In this document: positions 11,075-20,395 of the stretch, one piece after another | Layout: the number at the start of each line of letters is the position of its first letter | Position numbering within the stretch: the stretch's first letter is position 1 | Assembly (NCBI GenBank): GCA_000092065.1 | Contig: CP000588.1 | DNA from: Ostreococcus lucimarinus | Taxonomy: Eukaryota | Reading direction: 5' to 3' (one strand) | Length of the DNA stretch: 64,000 bases | Program-made: the position numbers and the translations under genes | The notes under the pieces: model-generated | The model's input: the letters and a program-made list of their open reading frames with translations, nothing else | Database searches by the model: none | What the model was told of the DNA's origin: nothing

Positions 11075-11164
11075 GCGTCAACGTTGTCGCCGTGGCTTAG
11101 AACATTAGCATAGCGTGTAACAAAGAGAAGGATAAACAAAGAGATGTTTGACAAACAACGACGT

Positions 11165-12394
11165 CTATCGCGATTCGAGAAACTCGGTGACAAGTCTTTT
11201 TATTTCCTCCTTACGATCGGACAGAGACATCCCGAATTTGGTTTCCAAATCCTTGCGAACGCTCTTCATAGAAACTTGTTCCATGTCGGCGTTTACTAGT
11301 AACCTTCGAACAGCGCTACCGAGCTCGGCCGCCGTCGGTGGCGGGTTGGTCGGTTCCGCCGCAGGCGCAGGCGCCGGCGTCGGTTCGACCGGTTTCGGCG
11401 GTTCCGTCTTGGGTGCCGGTGGCGCGGGCGCGGGCGTGGGCGCCTTCGCGGGCGACGGTGCTTTCACTGGAGACGGTTCCGGCGACGGTTCTGGCGACGG
11501 AGATTGTTGTTTCGCCGGCTTGGGCGCCGGCTTCGGCTTTTTAGCCGCCGGCTTTTCCGTGAACTCTTCGTCTGAATCTTCCTCTTCCTCCTCTTCTTCG
11601 TCTTCCTCGTCTTCGTCTTCGTCCTCTTCGTCCTCTTCGTCCTCTTCCTCTTCCTCTTCCTCCTCTTCTTCCTCTTCCTCCGCCGGCTCCTCTTCCTTTC
11701 CAGTCAACTTCGCGATTTTCGCGCGCAACGCGGCGTTCTCCGCCTTCAACTTTTTAATCAACGCTGCTTGCTTCGCCGACCCACCCGCCGACGATTTCGC
11801 CGCCGCCGTCTTTTTTGCTTTAGCCGCCGTCTTCTTCGCCGTGCGTTCGCGTTTCTTTTCCTTCGCCGCGCGTTTCTTCGCCTCCGCCTCCTCCAACGAT
11901 TTTTTCCCGCTCGCCTTCGGCGCGTCCAACCACGTCATCAAACGCGCCACCTGCGCCTCCTTCTTCCCTTCCGCCCCGCTTCCTCGCGGCAGCTCGAACA
12001 AGTCCAGAAGATCGTGCAGCGTGTCTTTAAACGCCCTCGACAGCAAATCTTCCTTCACCGCGCGCTCGCCGTCGTTTTCGAACGTCCATCCCGAGAACTC
12101 GCCGATGTCCCGCTTGATGGTTTGTTGCTTGCCCACCCCCTTGTACAGGATGCGATACACAAACTTCAACAGCTCCTCCTTGCGCGGGATCTTCGACAGC
12201 TTGAACGCCACGTTCGGGATCTCGCACAGCTTCGTCCCGCGTCCCGGCTTGACGTCGAGCGATTTCTTCGGCGCGTCGTCGACGACTTGAAACACTTCAA
12301 CTTTTTTACGTTCGCGTTTCGGTTTCACGCTCGGCGACGCCGGCGCGGGCGTCGGCGCGGTCGCCGCGGGGGCGTCGGGCGTGGGCGCGTCCAT
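11165..12394 (-). CDS. DEK-domain chromatin protein (SAP/SAF box, acidic tract, DEK_C)
   Basis: SAP-like KLCEIPNVAFKLSKIPRKEELLKFVYRILYK, a poly-Glu/Asp acidic stretch, a Lys/Pro/Ala-rich region, and the C-terminal DEK_C motif AAELGSAVRRLLVNADMEQVSMKSVRKDLETKFGMSLSDRKEEIKRLVTEFL. Confidence 0.7.
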   Translation of the reverse strand: MDAPTPDAPAATAPTPAPASPSVKPKRERKKVEVFQVVDDAPKKSLDVKPGRGTKLCEIPNVAFKLSKIPRKEELLKFVYRILYKGVGKQQTIKRDIGEFSGWTFENDGERAVKEDLLSRAFKDTLHDLLDLFELPRGSGAEGKKEAQVARLMTWLDAPKASGKKSLEEAEAKKRAAKEKKRERTAKKTAAKAKKTAAAKSSAGGSAKQAALIKKLKAENAALRAKIAKLTGKEEEPAEEEEEEEEEEEEEDEEDEEDEDEDEEDEEEEEEEDSDEEFTEKPAAKKPKPAPKPAKQQSPSPEPSPEPSPVKAPSPAKAPTPAPAPPAPKTEPPKPVEPTPAPAPAAEPTNPPPTAAELGSAVRRLLVNADMEQVSMKSVRKDLETKFGMSLSDRKEEIKRLVTEFLESR

Positions 12395-12547
12395 GTGTGC
12401 GCGCGTTTTCGTGCGCTCGGCGGCGATGCGCGACGCGTCGCGCGTTCAAATGTGCGGGCGAGTTTGAAATTTAATTTAAATTTAAAAACGCTCGTCGTCG
12501 GCGTCAGTCGTCGGCGCGCGTCGACGCGAAGCGACGACGCGCGCGCG

Positions 12548-12922
12548 ATGGTGTTTAAGACGCTGTGGAACTACGTCAAGGTGTACCGCGCGCAGACGCG
12601 CGCGCTGGAGCGCATACGCGCGGAGAGATCGGCGCTGGAGAAGACGCAGCGGGAAATCGCGGCGATGACGGAGAAAAATGCTGAAAACGAGCGCGCGCTC
12701 GCGTCGTTCGCGAAGTGGAGCGCGGGAGCGATGCGGGAGAACGCGTCGTCGATGGAAGAGATCGAGCGGGTGACGACGGAGATGACGGATAGGTTGGGAG
12801 CGGTGTCGGAACAGCACGTGAGGGACGCGTACGAGGCGGAGGCGCGAGCGGCGGAGGCGATGAACGCGTCGCGAGCGGCTGCGGTGTTTGCGAATCTGGA
12901 TGAGGTGAAGGGGAAGTCATGA
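12548..12922 (+). CDS. Small coiled-coil protein (~124 aa), function unknown
   Basis: MVFKTLWNYVKVYRAQTRALERIRAERSALEKTQREIAAM... has heptad-like periodicity and high GC3. It is in frame with the 3' part of the artefactual ORF 11768..12922. It sits 154 bp head-to-head with DEK. Confidence 0.3.
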   Translation: MVFKTLWNYVKVYRAQTRALERIRAERSALEKTQREIAAMTEKNAENERALASFAKWSAGAMRENASSMEEIERVTTEMTDRLGAVSEQHVRDAYEAEARAAEAMNASRAAAVFANLDEVKGKS

Positions 12923-13009
12923 GCGGTTGGGGTAGCGTAGGGTAGCGTAGTCTCGTAGCGGTGTTGTGAGTGTACATGTTTTGTAGAAATTGAAAGGCGC
13001 GCGGCGTCT

Positions 13010-16000
13010 CTACTCGTCGGCGGGTTTGGCGGATTGCACGCGCATGGCGGGCTTGGATAATAAGCGACCGGTGCCGCGGCGTATACCCTCGAGCTCGGCG
13101 CGATGTTTGCCTGTGATTGGTTTCGCGCGCTCGCCCGCGGGTGGGCTGGTGTCGAAACGCATGTGCTTGTTCGGTCGCGCGAGCGATGGGCTCGACGGCG
13201 GTTCGTCGGCGTTGACATCACTCAAGATGCGCCGTGCTGTGCCCATGGTTCCCGGTGTCTTCCCAGGAGTGCGACCTGCTAATGGTCGCTTCACCGCGGG
13301 CGTGCGCGCGGTCGTCTTCGAGACGCTCGGTGGCGGTTCGATGCCCTTGAGTTGTGCGATTTCAGTCTTGGCCGCGTGCAAGGCGACTTCGAGAGACTCA
13401 ATGCGCGATCGCGCGGTGGAGTACTTGCTCCTCGTAGCCTGCGAAGACTTGTTTGCTTCATCAACGTCGTGCATGAGCGCCGTGACCTTGGCCTCCATCT
13501 CTTGCGCGCGTTCTTCCGCTCGCTTGCGAGCCGCCTTGGCGGAGTCCAAACGCGCATCCGATTTCGCGTGCGCGTCACCATCTGCGGTCGCGTTGTCGTT
13601 CGCGGCGAGCTTTCGCTCCAACTTTGCAATTTCTGCGTCCTTGAGTTCCATTTCCTCGTGTAGCTTACGAATTTGAGCTTGTGCGGTCCCTGCGGCGGAG
13701 AACTCAGCCGACGCAGCAGATTTCGCTCGCGAAATCTCTTCTCGCGCCGCAGCGAGTTTCTTTTCGGCGTTTCGAATGTCCGCTGCGAAAGCTGAGCTCA
13801 ACAGGCTCTTCTGCTCTTCTAACGCGACGGAATGTTCTTCGACCAGCTCGGTGCGCACGGCGTCTTCTGTCTCTGCACGCGCCCTTCTCATCTCAGCGAG
13901 CTCGTTTTCGAGATCTGTGATTTGAGACTTGTACTCGCGCTCTAATTCCTCCATCGTCTTCGTGTGCTCTTCGTTCAACGCCGCCAACTCATTGGCGTGC
14001 GCGTCCGCTGCCGACGTCGACTCTGTTTGTTCGAGCGCGTTCGCGAGACGTGCTTCCACGTCCGCCATGGCCTCTGCGTGCTTGCGCTCGAGTGCCTCCA
14101 AGGCTTCCGCCTGCGCGGCGTTTATCTTCTCAATCTGTTCCGAGAACGCTTGCGCTTGCGCCGCGAGTTTCGACGTGTGCGCGTCTACAAGCTCGACTTT
14201 CGCATTCGCCATCTCTTCGCGTAACGCGTCCATTGCCCGAGTGTGGCCCTCCTTGAGCGCATCGATCGCACGAGTGTGCTCTGCTCGCGCCGTCGCAGAC
14301 TCACCCGCGAATTTCGACTCGAGTTCGCCCGCTTGTTTCTCCAAAGCCGCCTCGTGCGCTGCACGCTCGACTTCGAATCCCCCCTCCACGTCGAATTTTA
14401 CACTCGCGAGCGCTTCTTCGTGTTTGCGCGCAAGAACCTGCAGTTCGGCGACGTGCGCAGTCTTAAGCTCGGCCATCGCCGCTTCGCCCGCCTCAGTCGC
14501 GGCGCCTACGGCAGCTTCGAATTCAGCTCGTTTCTTCTCCAGCTCGCAGTCGTGCTCAGCCTTTTGAGCGCTCAGCGCTGAATCTATTTTGCATTGCATC
14601 GTTTCCAACTCCGCCTTGGCCGCCGCGAGCGCGTTGGTCGTTTCTTCGTACGACGAGTTCGCACCCGCCGCCTTGGCTTCGGCGAGCTCGACGCGCGCCT
14701 CGAGCTCGGCTCTATCCTTGTCAGCTTGCACCTTGTGCGCCGCGAGCACTTCGAGCTTCGAAAACATCTCTTCCATCACTTCTTTGTTCTCTTCAAACGT
14801 CGCTTGAACGCGTGCGCGGTCGGCTTCCGCAGATTCCTTGGCCATCTTGTGCTCGTTCTCCAAAACTTCCGCCGCGAGTTGCGCCGCGCGAACGTTTTCC
14901 GCAGTCTCTTCGCTCGCCAACGCGCGACGCTCGGCGGCATCGGCAGCGGCTTGGAGAACTTGATTTTGCGCCTCGATGTCATCCAATGATTTCAAGGCAG
15001 CCGCTTTTTCGTCGAGCGCTTTGGCCGTAAGTTCGCCCTCAGCGATGACGAGCTTGCGCAAATCCTTCAATTCCTCCTCGGCGGTGGCTAAACGTCCGCG
15101 ATTGGCGGAGCGCTCATTCTCGGCTTGAAGGCGATCGGCGCGCTCTTGCAACGCCGCGAGTTCGATGCGGACGCGAACGACCTCGGGTGGGTGTTCGTTC
15201 TGCTTTCGAAGCTCTTCAATCTCCGCATTCACCGACTCTGGCGTTAACTCTTTGCGCTTGAGCGCCTCGTCGCGTAAACGAATCACCATCTTGGCGGATT
15301 GCAAATTCTTGTCCAAACACGTGCATAAATCCTTGGCGTGCTCGAGTTTGCTCTTCAGCTTCGCGAGCTCTTCTTCGCTATCCTTTGCCGCAGCCGCGGC
15401 CGCGCGATTCGCCTTCGCCATGATGGCTTCGAGTTCGACAATCTTCGCTCGAGCGTCGACGTCGTTCAAGCCGCCGCCACCCTCGGCGAGGAGCGCTCGC
15501 AAACGCCCAACCTCAGCCGCGAGCTCGTTCGCTGATCCGACGGATTCTTCGTTCGCCACTGCGCGGACTTTCACAAGCTTGGCGCGCTGGGCGAATTTCA
15601 GCGTAGACATTGTCTCCTCCACGTTCACATGCGCCGGCGAGACGCACGCGAGGAGCGTGCAGCGCGCGCGTCCGCCGAGCGCGTCCTTGAGCAAAAACGT
15701 CAACTTGGAATCGCGGTAGGGCACGTGTCGTTCCTTGCCGTCGGCCACGTCCACGAGGGCTTTGATGACGTTCCCGAGCGCGCTGAGCGATTTATTAATC
15801 GCGCTCGCCTCTTTCAAACGTTCACCTGCCGCGTCCGTGCTCTTCTGCCGCTCGCTCCCTGCGAGATCGACCAAGTGCAAAAGCGCGCTCTTTTTTGTCG
15901 TCGGCGCCGTGGGATGCGCCTTCGTGCGCGATTCCACCGAAATCGTGAACACGCTGTGCGAACGCGAAGAATCGGCATTCATATTCGTCTGACCCACCCT

Positions 16001-16846
16001 ACGATTCGCCGCACCGCGCAAAAACGTCTCGTACGTCTGCTCCGCCCCGTGCACGCGCTCCTCGTGCAAATTCTCCACAAACGTGCCTCGCTTGGCGTCT
16101 TCCCGCACGTTCGGCGCCGGTCCATCGTGCTCGGTATTCATCAACAAATCTCGCAACGTCTCGTTATAAATCTCCAAATACGAGCACTTCACTTCGATTT
16201 CGCACGCCCCGCCCGCTTCGATTGCCGCGTTCCTCGCCGACTCGCATCGCTCAAACAATCGCTTCAGCGCGCGCGGAATCAACCCCGCGTTCGGCGCGTC
16301 CAGCGCGTCCCCCTCCGCCCCTCCCGCCTCGCCCGGCGACATCATGACGCAATCATCGTCACCCTCAAACCCTCCGACGTCGTCGTCGCGATCTAAATCC
16401 ACGCCTTGCATCGAGTACGTCTTCCCCGCGCCCGTCTGCCCGTACGCGAGCACGCACCCGTGATACCCCTCCACCACGCCGTCCACCGCGTCGCGTCCGA
16501 CGCGTTCGAAAATCTCCTCCTGCGCCGACGACTGATCGCACACGTGGTCGTACGCGAAACTCAGCGCCGCCTTGCCCGCGACGCTCTCGCGGACGCTCCC
16601 GCGCTGGAGCGTCAGCGCGTTCGTCCCGTGCGTCTGCACGCACGGCGCGTAGCCGGCATCGATCTCTCTCGCGTTCGGCGGTCGCACGCGCACGAGCACG
16701 CGCACGGTGTCGTGGACGTCTCGCTCGACGTCGTGCGTCATCGCCTCGCGCGGTGCGCGCGCGCCGAGGGCGAGGCGCGTCGACGTGTGCGGCGATGCCG
16801 ACGCCGAGGGGAACGAAGCGGAACTTAAACCGACTTTTTTCCTCAT
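13010..16846 (-). CDS. Kinesin-like protein with an N-terminal motor domain and a ~900-aa coiled-coil stalk
   Basis: Motor motifs VRVLVRVRPPN, GYHGCVLAYGQTGAGKTYSM (P-loop), SSRSHSVFTISVE (switch I), LHLVDLAGSER (switch II), followed by a long Ala/Glu/Lys-rich heptad region. The ORF extends to 17056; internal Mets at 16846 and 16741 are more likely starts. Confidence 0.9.
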   Translation of the reverse strand: MRKKVGLSSASFPSASASPHTSTRLALGARAPREAMTHDVERDVHDTVRVLVRVRPPNAREIDAGYAPCVQTHGTNALTLQRGSVRESVAGKAALSFAYDHVCDQSSAQEEIFERVGRDAVDGVVEGYHGCVLAYGQTGAGKTYSMQGVDLDRDDDVGGFEGDDDCVMMSPGEAGGAEGDALDAPNAGLIPRALKRLFERCESARNAAIEAGGACEIEVKCSYLEIYNETLRDLLMNTEHDGPAPNVREDAKRGTFVENLHEERVHGAEQTYETFLRGAANRRVGQTNMNADSSRSHSVFTISVESRTKAHPTAPTTKKSALLHLVDLAGSERQKSTDAAGERLKEASAINKSLSALGNVIKALVDVADGKERHVPYRDSKLTFLLKDALGGRARCTLLACVSPAHVNVEETMSTLKFAQRAKLVKVRAVANEESVGSANELAAEVGRLRALLAEGGGGLNDVDARAKIVELEAIMAKANRAAAAAAKDSEEELAKLKSKLEHAKDLCTCLDKNLQSAKMVIRLRDEALKRKELTPESVNAEIEELRKQNEHPPEVVRVRIELAALQERADRLQAENERSANRGRLATAEEELKDLRKLVIAEGELTAKALDEKAAALKSLDDIEAQNQVLQAAADAAERRALASEETAENVRAAQLAAEVLENEHKMAKESAEADRARVQATFEENKEVMEEMFSKLEVLAAHKVQADKDRAELEARVELAEAKAAGANSSYEETTNALAAAKAELETMQCKIDSALSAQKAEHDCELEKKRAEFEAAVGAATEAGEAAMAELKTAHVAELQVLARKHEEALASVKFDVEGGFEVERAAHEAALEKQAGELESKFAGESATARAEHTRAIDALKEGHTRAMDALREEMANAKVELVDAHTSKLAAQAQAFSEQIEKINAAQAEALEALERKHAEAMADVEARLANALEQTESTSAADAHANELAALNEEHTKTMEELEREYKSQITDLENELAEMRRARAETEDAVRTELVEEHSVALEEQKSLLSSAFAADIRNAEKKLAAAREEISRAKSAASAEFSAAGTAQAQIRKLHEEMELKDAEIAKLERKLAANDNATADGDAHAKSDARLDSAKAARKRAEERAQEMEAKVTALMHDVDEANKSSQATRSKYSTARSRIESLEVALHAAKTEIAQLKGIEPPPSVSKTTARTPAVKRPLAGRTPGKTPGTMGTARRILSDVNADEPPSSPSLARPNKHMRFDTSPPAGERAKPITGKHRAELEGIRRGTGRLLSKPAMRVQSAKPADE

Positions 16847-17518
16847 TCCCCTCGTCGAACGGCGCGCGTCCCGCACTCCGACGCGCGACGAGCTCGACGA
16901 CGACCGAGAAAGATGTTGGGTAAAACGCTCAAGTTCCAAGCGCTCGTCATCGCGCTCGTCGCGGTGTCGTGCGTGATCGAAGACGGCGCGCAGGCGATCG
17001 CGAAGAAGATTACGCGATGCGTCGTGCGCGACTTTACGTTGGCGACGGTGTCGCACATCGCCGCGGGAGCGGCGAGTTCGACGAAGAAAGCGTTGGCGAA
17101 GGTAATGTTACTTATGCATGCGTTCTCCCTGTTCGACGTGTACGTGCGCGGGAGCTCGTGCTGCCCGACGAAGCTCATGGCGGCGCAGGCGTGCGCCGGC
17201 GCGCTCGCGTACGGGTTGTACGGCGGCGCGTTACCGATCCCGAAGATCGGTGGTGGTAAGAAGAAGTCGGCCAAGAAGTCGTCGTCTTCAGCCAAGAAGG
17301 CGACGCCCAAGCGTGCGAGCTCGAGATCGAGCTCGAGATCGCGAAAGTGAGCGACTCGTCCCGACGACGTCGATCGACGCGCCCGGGACCCGCGCGCGGA
17401 CGATTTGAACAAGAAGTCCGTGGTCATCATCACCGATTTTATCTATTCCAAACGAAAGCATCTACTTAATCTAAACAGCACTGCGTGTAACGATAAGCGA
17501 GAAGACGTGTTGAATCAA

Positions 17519-18460
17519 TCACGCAGCGAACGCGGGCATCTGACTCACGACGACGCTCGCGAGCGCTGCGCGAGCGCCCCATCGCGCCGCCTTCGTCAAT
17601 GCTTTGAGCGGGACATCCGCCAACGTTTCCGTCGTGCGCTTCCCACCGTCGCTCGCCACGGCGGTGAGCGCCCAGGCGATGACGAGTGCGTACACAGGAT
17701 CGCCCGTCGTGAGCGTCACCGCAGCGCCCAAACCGCCCGCGCCGAACGCCGAGAGAAACGCCGTCGCGAGCTGCGTGTCCGGCGCGCACGTCTTCGCGAC
17801 GTGTGAGTTCAAGTTCACCAACGCCGCACATGAAATCCAACCGAAGTGCATCGACAGAGGAACGTGCGTCGTCCAATACCACGCCTTGCTCGCCGCGCTC
17901 GCCGCGGCGCGCAGCGCTCGGTGCGCCGAACCCAGCGCAACCGCCTCGGCGACCAACAACGCGCTCGACACCCAAAAGTGTCTAGGCGCCTTGGCCCACG
18001 GTCTGAACGCCGCGCACCACAACGCTTGAAACGCACACGCGAGCGCCCAGCTCGGCGCGACGGCGCGCGTCGCCGCCTCGCTCGCGCCGCCTCCGCTCGC
18101 CGACGCCAACGCGTGCGCCACCAGCGCGAACTCTCCGGCGTAAATCGCCCCCCAAATCGCGAACGCCCATCCCGCGGGCGTGAACAAGCTTCGGTATTCG
18201 CTATCGAGCGGAATCGCGTGCGTCTTCTCCTTCGCGTTTTCATCCTTCGCCTTCGCGGCGCGCGCCTCGGCTTGCGCGCGTCGCTGCATCTCCCCGTCGA
18301 TTCTGCCCGGCACGCTCACCGCGAGCACGTTGACGCCGTACGCGAGCGCGGTGACGAGTTGCCATGGCTTCAACCCCGCGAACGCGCGCGCGGACGCGGA
18401 GGCGATCCTGCGTGGAGAACACGCGGCGTCGGTCAGTACTGGAGGAGTGGATAGAGCCAC
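17519..18460 (-). CDS. TspO/MBR-like tryptophan-rich membrane protein
   Basis: FTPAGWAFAIWGAIYAGE matches the TspO PxxWxFxxxWxxLY motif. WYWTTHVPLSMHFGWISCAALVNLN matches the distal VPYLxWxxxAxxLN motif. It is Trp-rich with about five predicted TM helices. Confidence 0.5.
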   Translation of the reverse strand: MALSTPPVLTDAACSPRRIASASARAFAGLKPWQLVTALAYGVNVLAVSVPGRIDGEMQRRAQAEARAAKAKDENAKEKTHAIPLDSEYRSLFTPAGWAFAIWGAIYAGEFALVAHALASASGGGASEAATRAVAPSWALACAFQALWCAAFRPWAKAPRHFWVSSALLVAEAVALGSAHRALRAAASAASKAWYWTTHVPLSMHFGWISCAALVNLNSHVAKTCAPDTQLATAFLSAFGAGGLGAAVTLTTGDPVYALVIAWALTAVASDGGKRTTETLADVPLKALTKAARWGARAALASVVVSQMPAFAA

Positions 18461-18635
18461 GCGGGACGCCGGGACGGAACGTACCAGGGCGCGAGCTTAG
18501 CGACCGCGAACGTCGCGGCGGCACCCGTGGCGCATATGAGCGCAGCGGTGACGTCGCGAGCGGCGTCGGGCATCGGAAGGCGCGCGCGCGCGAAAGTGTG
18601 GGGCGGAGACTGCGCTCGACTACAAGGCTACGGGC

Positions 18636-19913
18636 TCAGTCGGCGAAGACGGATTGCAAGCTCGGGAAAGGATCCGCCTTGGACAACACCAAGACGCGGT
18701 TCTTGTGCGATATGTAGCCCTTGATGAACTTTCTAAAGATCAAGTTGGCGACGATGCACTCGACCTCGTCGAGATCGACGTCGTCGGCGCCGCACCACGC
18801 GAGGGCGGTTTGGAATTTGGCGAGCGAGACTTGGTTCGCCTTCGCCGCGTCGGCGGTTTCGCCGTGAATGGCGTGCACTTTCTTGAACAGCGTGCGGTAG
18901 ACGGACATGCGAAGCTTTTCGAGGATCAGATACGTGCCCTGTTTGATGAAAGTCGATTCACCGTCGCTGAGGGCGGCGTCGAGCGTGCGCGCGTCGCCGC
19001 GGCGCATCGCCTCGACGACGTCGACAAACTCTCGCAACTCGTACTTCTCCAGTAACTTTCGCGACGGCAGCGTGCCTAAAATCAACTTCACCGGGATCAA
19101 GTACTGCAAAATCAATCGCACGTTCCGCGCGCTCTGCGCGTGACAATGCGCGAACGCGTACTCAAGATGCTCCGCCGCGCGCTCGTACGCGTCCTCGAAC
19201 ACCGCCAACCGCCCGACGTAAAAGTTATACGTCACCTTTTCCGACTTTGGGAACGAATCGAACGGCAAAAACGTCGGCAAGTTCACGGCGTTGATCAAGT
19301 TCTTGCACAAATGCAGCGCGTTGAGCTTGAAGTACACCTTGAATAGATTATTCACCACGTGCAACTGCGGCGCCTTCTTCTCCGCCGTCGACGTCTGCGA
19401 CACCGCTCTGTACACCAGCATCAGCGTCGACCCGGCGTCGGCGAGTTTGCTCGGTTTTTCCCCCCCGCGCTTCAGCGCCTCATCCGCGCGCTGCGCCAAC
19501 GCTCTCGCGTCGTCCACCGCGACGTACCACGCCTCGCTCGTCCACGCCGAGTCCTCGTCCGCCCTGTACGCCTTCACGAAATCCTTCACCCCTCTCGCGT
19601 GCGCCTCGTACGCGCGCACCGCGTCCTCGTCCCTCCCGCTTCCCGCCAGCGTCCGCGCGCACGCGAACGCCCCCATCGCGTCGTCCCACGGCGCGCGCAC
19701 GCCTCGCTCGCGCATCAGCGTCGCCGCGCGGTCGCAATCCGAACCGCACGCGCGCGTCCACGTCGCGTCGTCCTCGTCGCGCTCGCGCGTCGTCGACGCG
19801 CCGGCGTCGACGCACGACGCGAGCGCGCGTCCATCGCGTCGCGCGATCGCGTCTCGACACCGCGCCGCGCGCGCGTCCATGCTCGCGCCGGCGTGTGCGC
19901 CGCGCGCGTCCAT
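18636..19913 (-). CDS. PCI-domain protein, PCID2/Thp1/CSN12 family (TREX-2 type)
   Basis: LHVVNNLFKVYFKLNALHLCKNLINAV...YNFYVGRLAVFEDAYERAAEHLEYAFAHCH...LILQYLIPVKLILG...ECIVANLIFRKFIKGYISH is collinear with CSN12/PCID2 helical repeats plus a winged-helix PCI end. The N-terminus is built from a short direct repeat (MDARGAHAGAS/MDARAA). Confidence 0.7.
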   Translation of the reverse strand: MDARGAHAGASMDARAARCRDAIARRDGRALASCVDAGASTTRERDEDDATWTRACGSDCDRAATLMRERGVRAPWDDAMGAFACARTLAGSGRDEDAVRAYEAHARGVKDFVKAYRADEDSAWTSEAWYVAVDDARALAQRADEALKRGGEKPSKLADAGSTLMLVYRAVSQTSTAEKKAPQLHVVNNLFKVYFKLNALHLCKNLINAVNLPTFLPFDSFPKSEKVTYNFYVGRLAVFEDAYERAAEHLEYAFAHCHAQSARNVRLILQYLIPVKLILGTLPSRKLLEKYELREFVDVVEAMRRGDARTLDAALSDGESTFIKQGTYLILEKLRMSVYRTLFKKVHAIHGETADAAKANQVSLAKFQTALAWCGADDVDLDEVECIVANLIFRKFIKGYISHKNRVLVLSKADPFPSLQSVFAD

Positions 19914-19922
19914 GCTCGCGTC

Positions 19923-20250
19923 GGCGAATCGTCCGACGGCCGGCGCCGCGCGCGCGAGTCCCCTCTTTACGAGTCATGACCCATTGAGACATTGTTCTAA
20001 ACACCCGATCTCGTACACGACGCGCGTCTCGTACACGACGCGCGAAAACGCCCATTAAAAGTCGTTAGGACGGCGAATCGTCCGACGGCCGGCGCCGCGC
20101 GCGCGCGTCCCCTCTTTGTGAGTCATGACCCATTAAGACATTGTTCTAAACACCCGATCGCGCGTCTCGTACACGACGCGCGAAAACGCCCATCAAAAGT
20201 CGTTAGGACGGCGCGCGCGCGCGCGCGATCGGCGGCGAATCGTCCGACGC
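19923..20250. repeat. Tandem duplication (~2.2 copies of a ~148-bp unit) in the PCID2/NADP-MDH divergent promoter
   Basis: The unit GGCGAATCGTCCGACGGCCGGCGCCGCGCGCGCG..GTCCCCTCTTT..GAGTCATGACCCATTRAGACATTGTTCTAAACACCCGATC...CTCGTACACGACGCGCGAAAACGCCCATYAAAAGTCGTTAGGACG occurs at ~19923-20072 and ~20073-20210, with a truncated third start at ~20228-20250. Copy 1 has an extra internal 18-bp duplication (TCTCGTACACGACGCGCG). Confidence 0.85.
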
Positions 20251-20299
20251 CGCGCGCGACCGCGGAGCGCGACGCGCGACGACGACGACGCGAGCGGCG

Positions 20300-20395
20300 A
20301 TGACGACGACGATGACGACGATGACGACGACGATGACGGCGCGCGCGACGACGACGACGCGCGCGCGAACGACGACGACGACGACGACGACGCGG
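20300..20395. repeat. (GAC/GAT/ACG)n trinucleotide microsatellite
   Basis: gacgacgacgatgacgacgatgacgacgacgatgacgg ... gacgacgacgacgacgacgacg in the 5' region of the NADP-MDH ORF. Confidence 0.9.

Noticed and set aside
11148-12290. 380-aa + ORF with a poly-Ser run, antisense to DEK
   Set aside because: It is the mirror image of the DEK acidic tract (poly-Glu becomes poly-Ser) with no independent domain signal.
16913-17350. 145-aa + ORF with a signal-peptide-like N-terminus and Lys/Ser-rich tail, upstream of the kinesin gene
   Set aside because: It overlaps the probable kinesin 5' leader and has no family match. It could be a real small secreted or basic protein, but the evidence is too weak to call.
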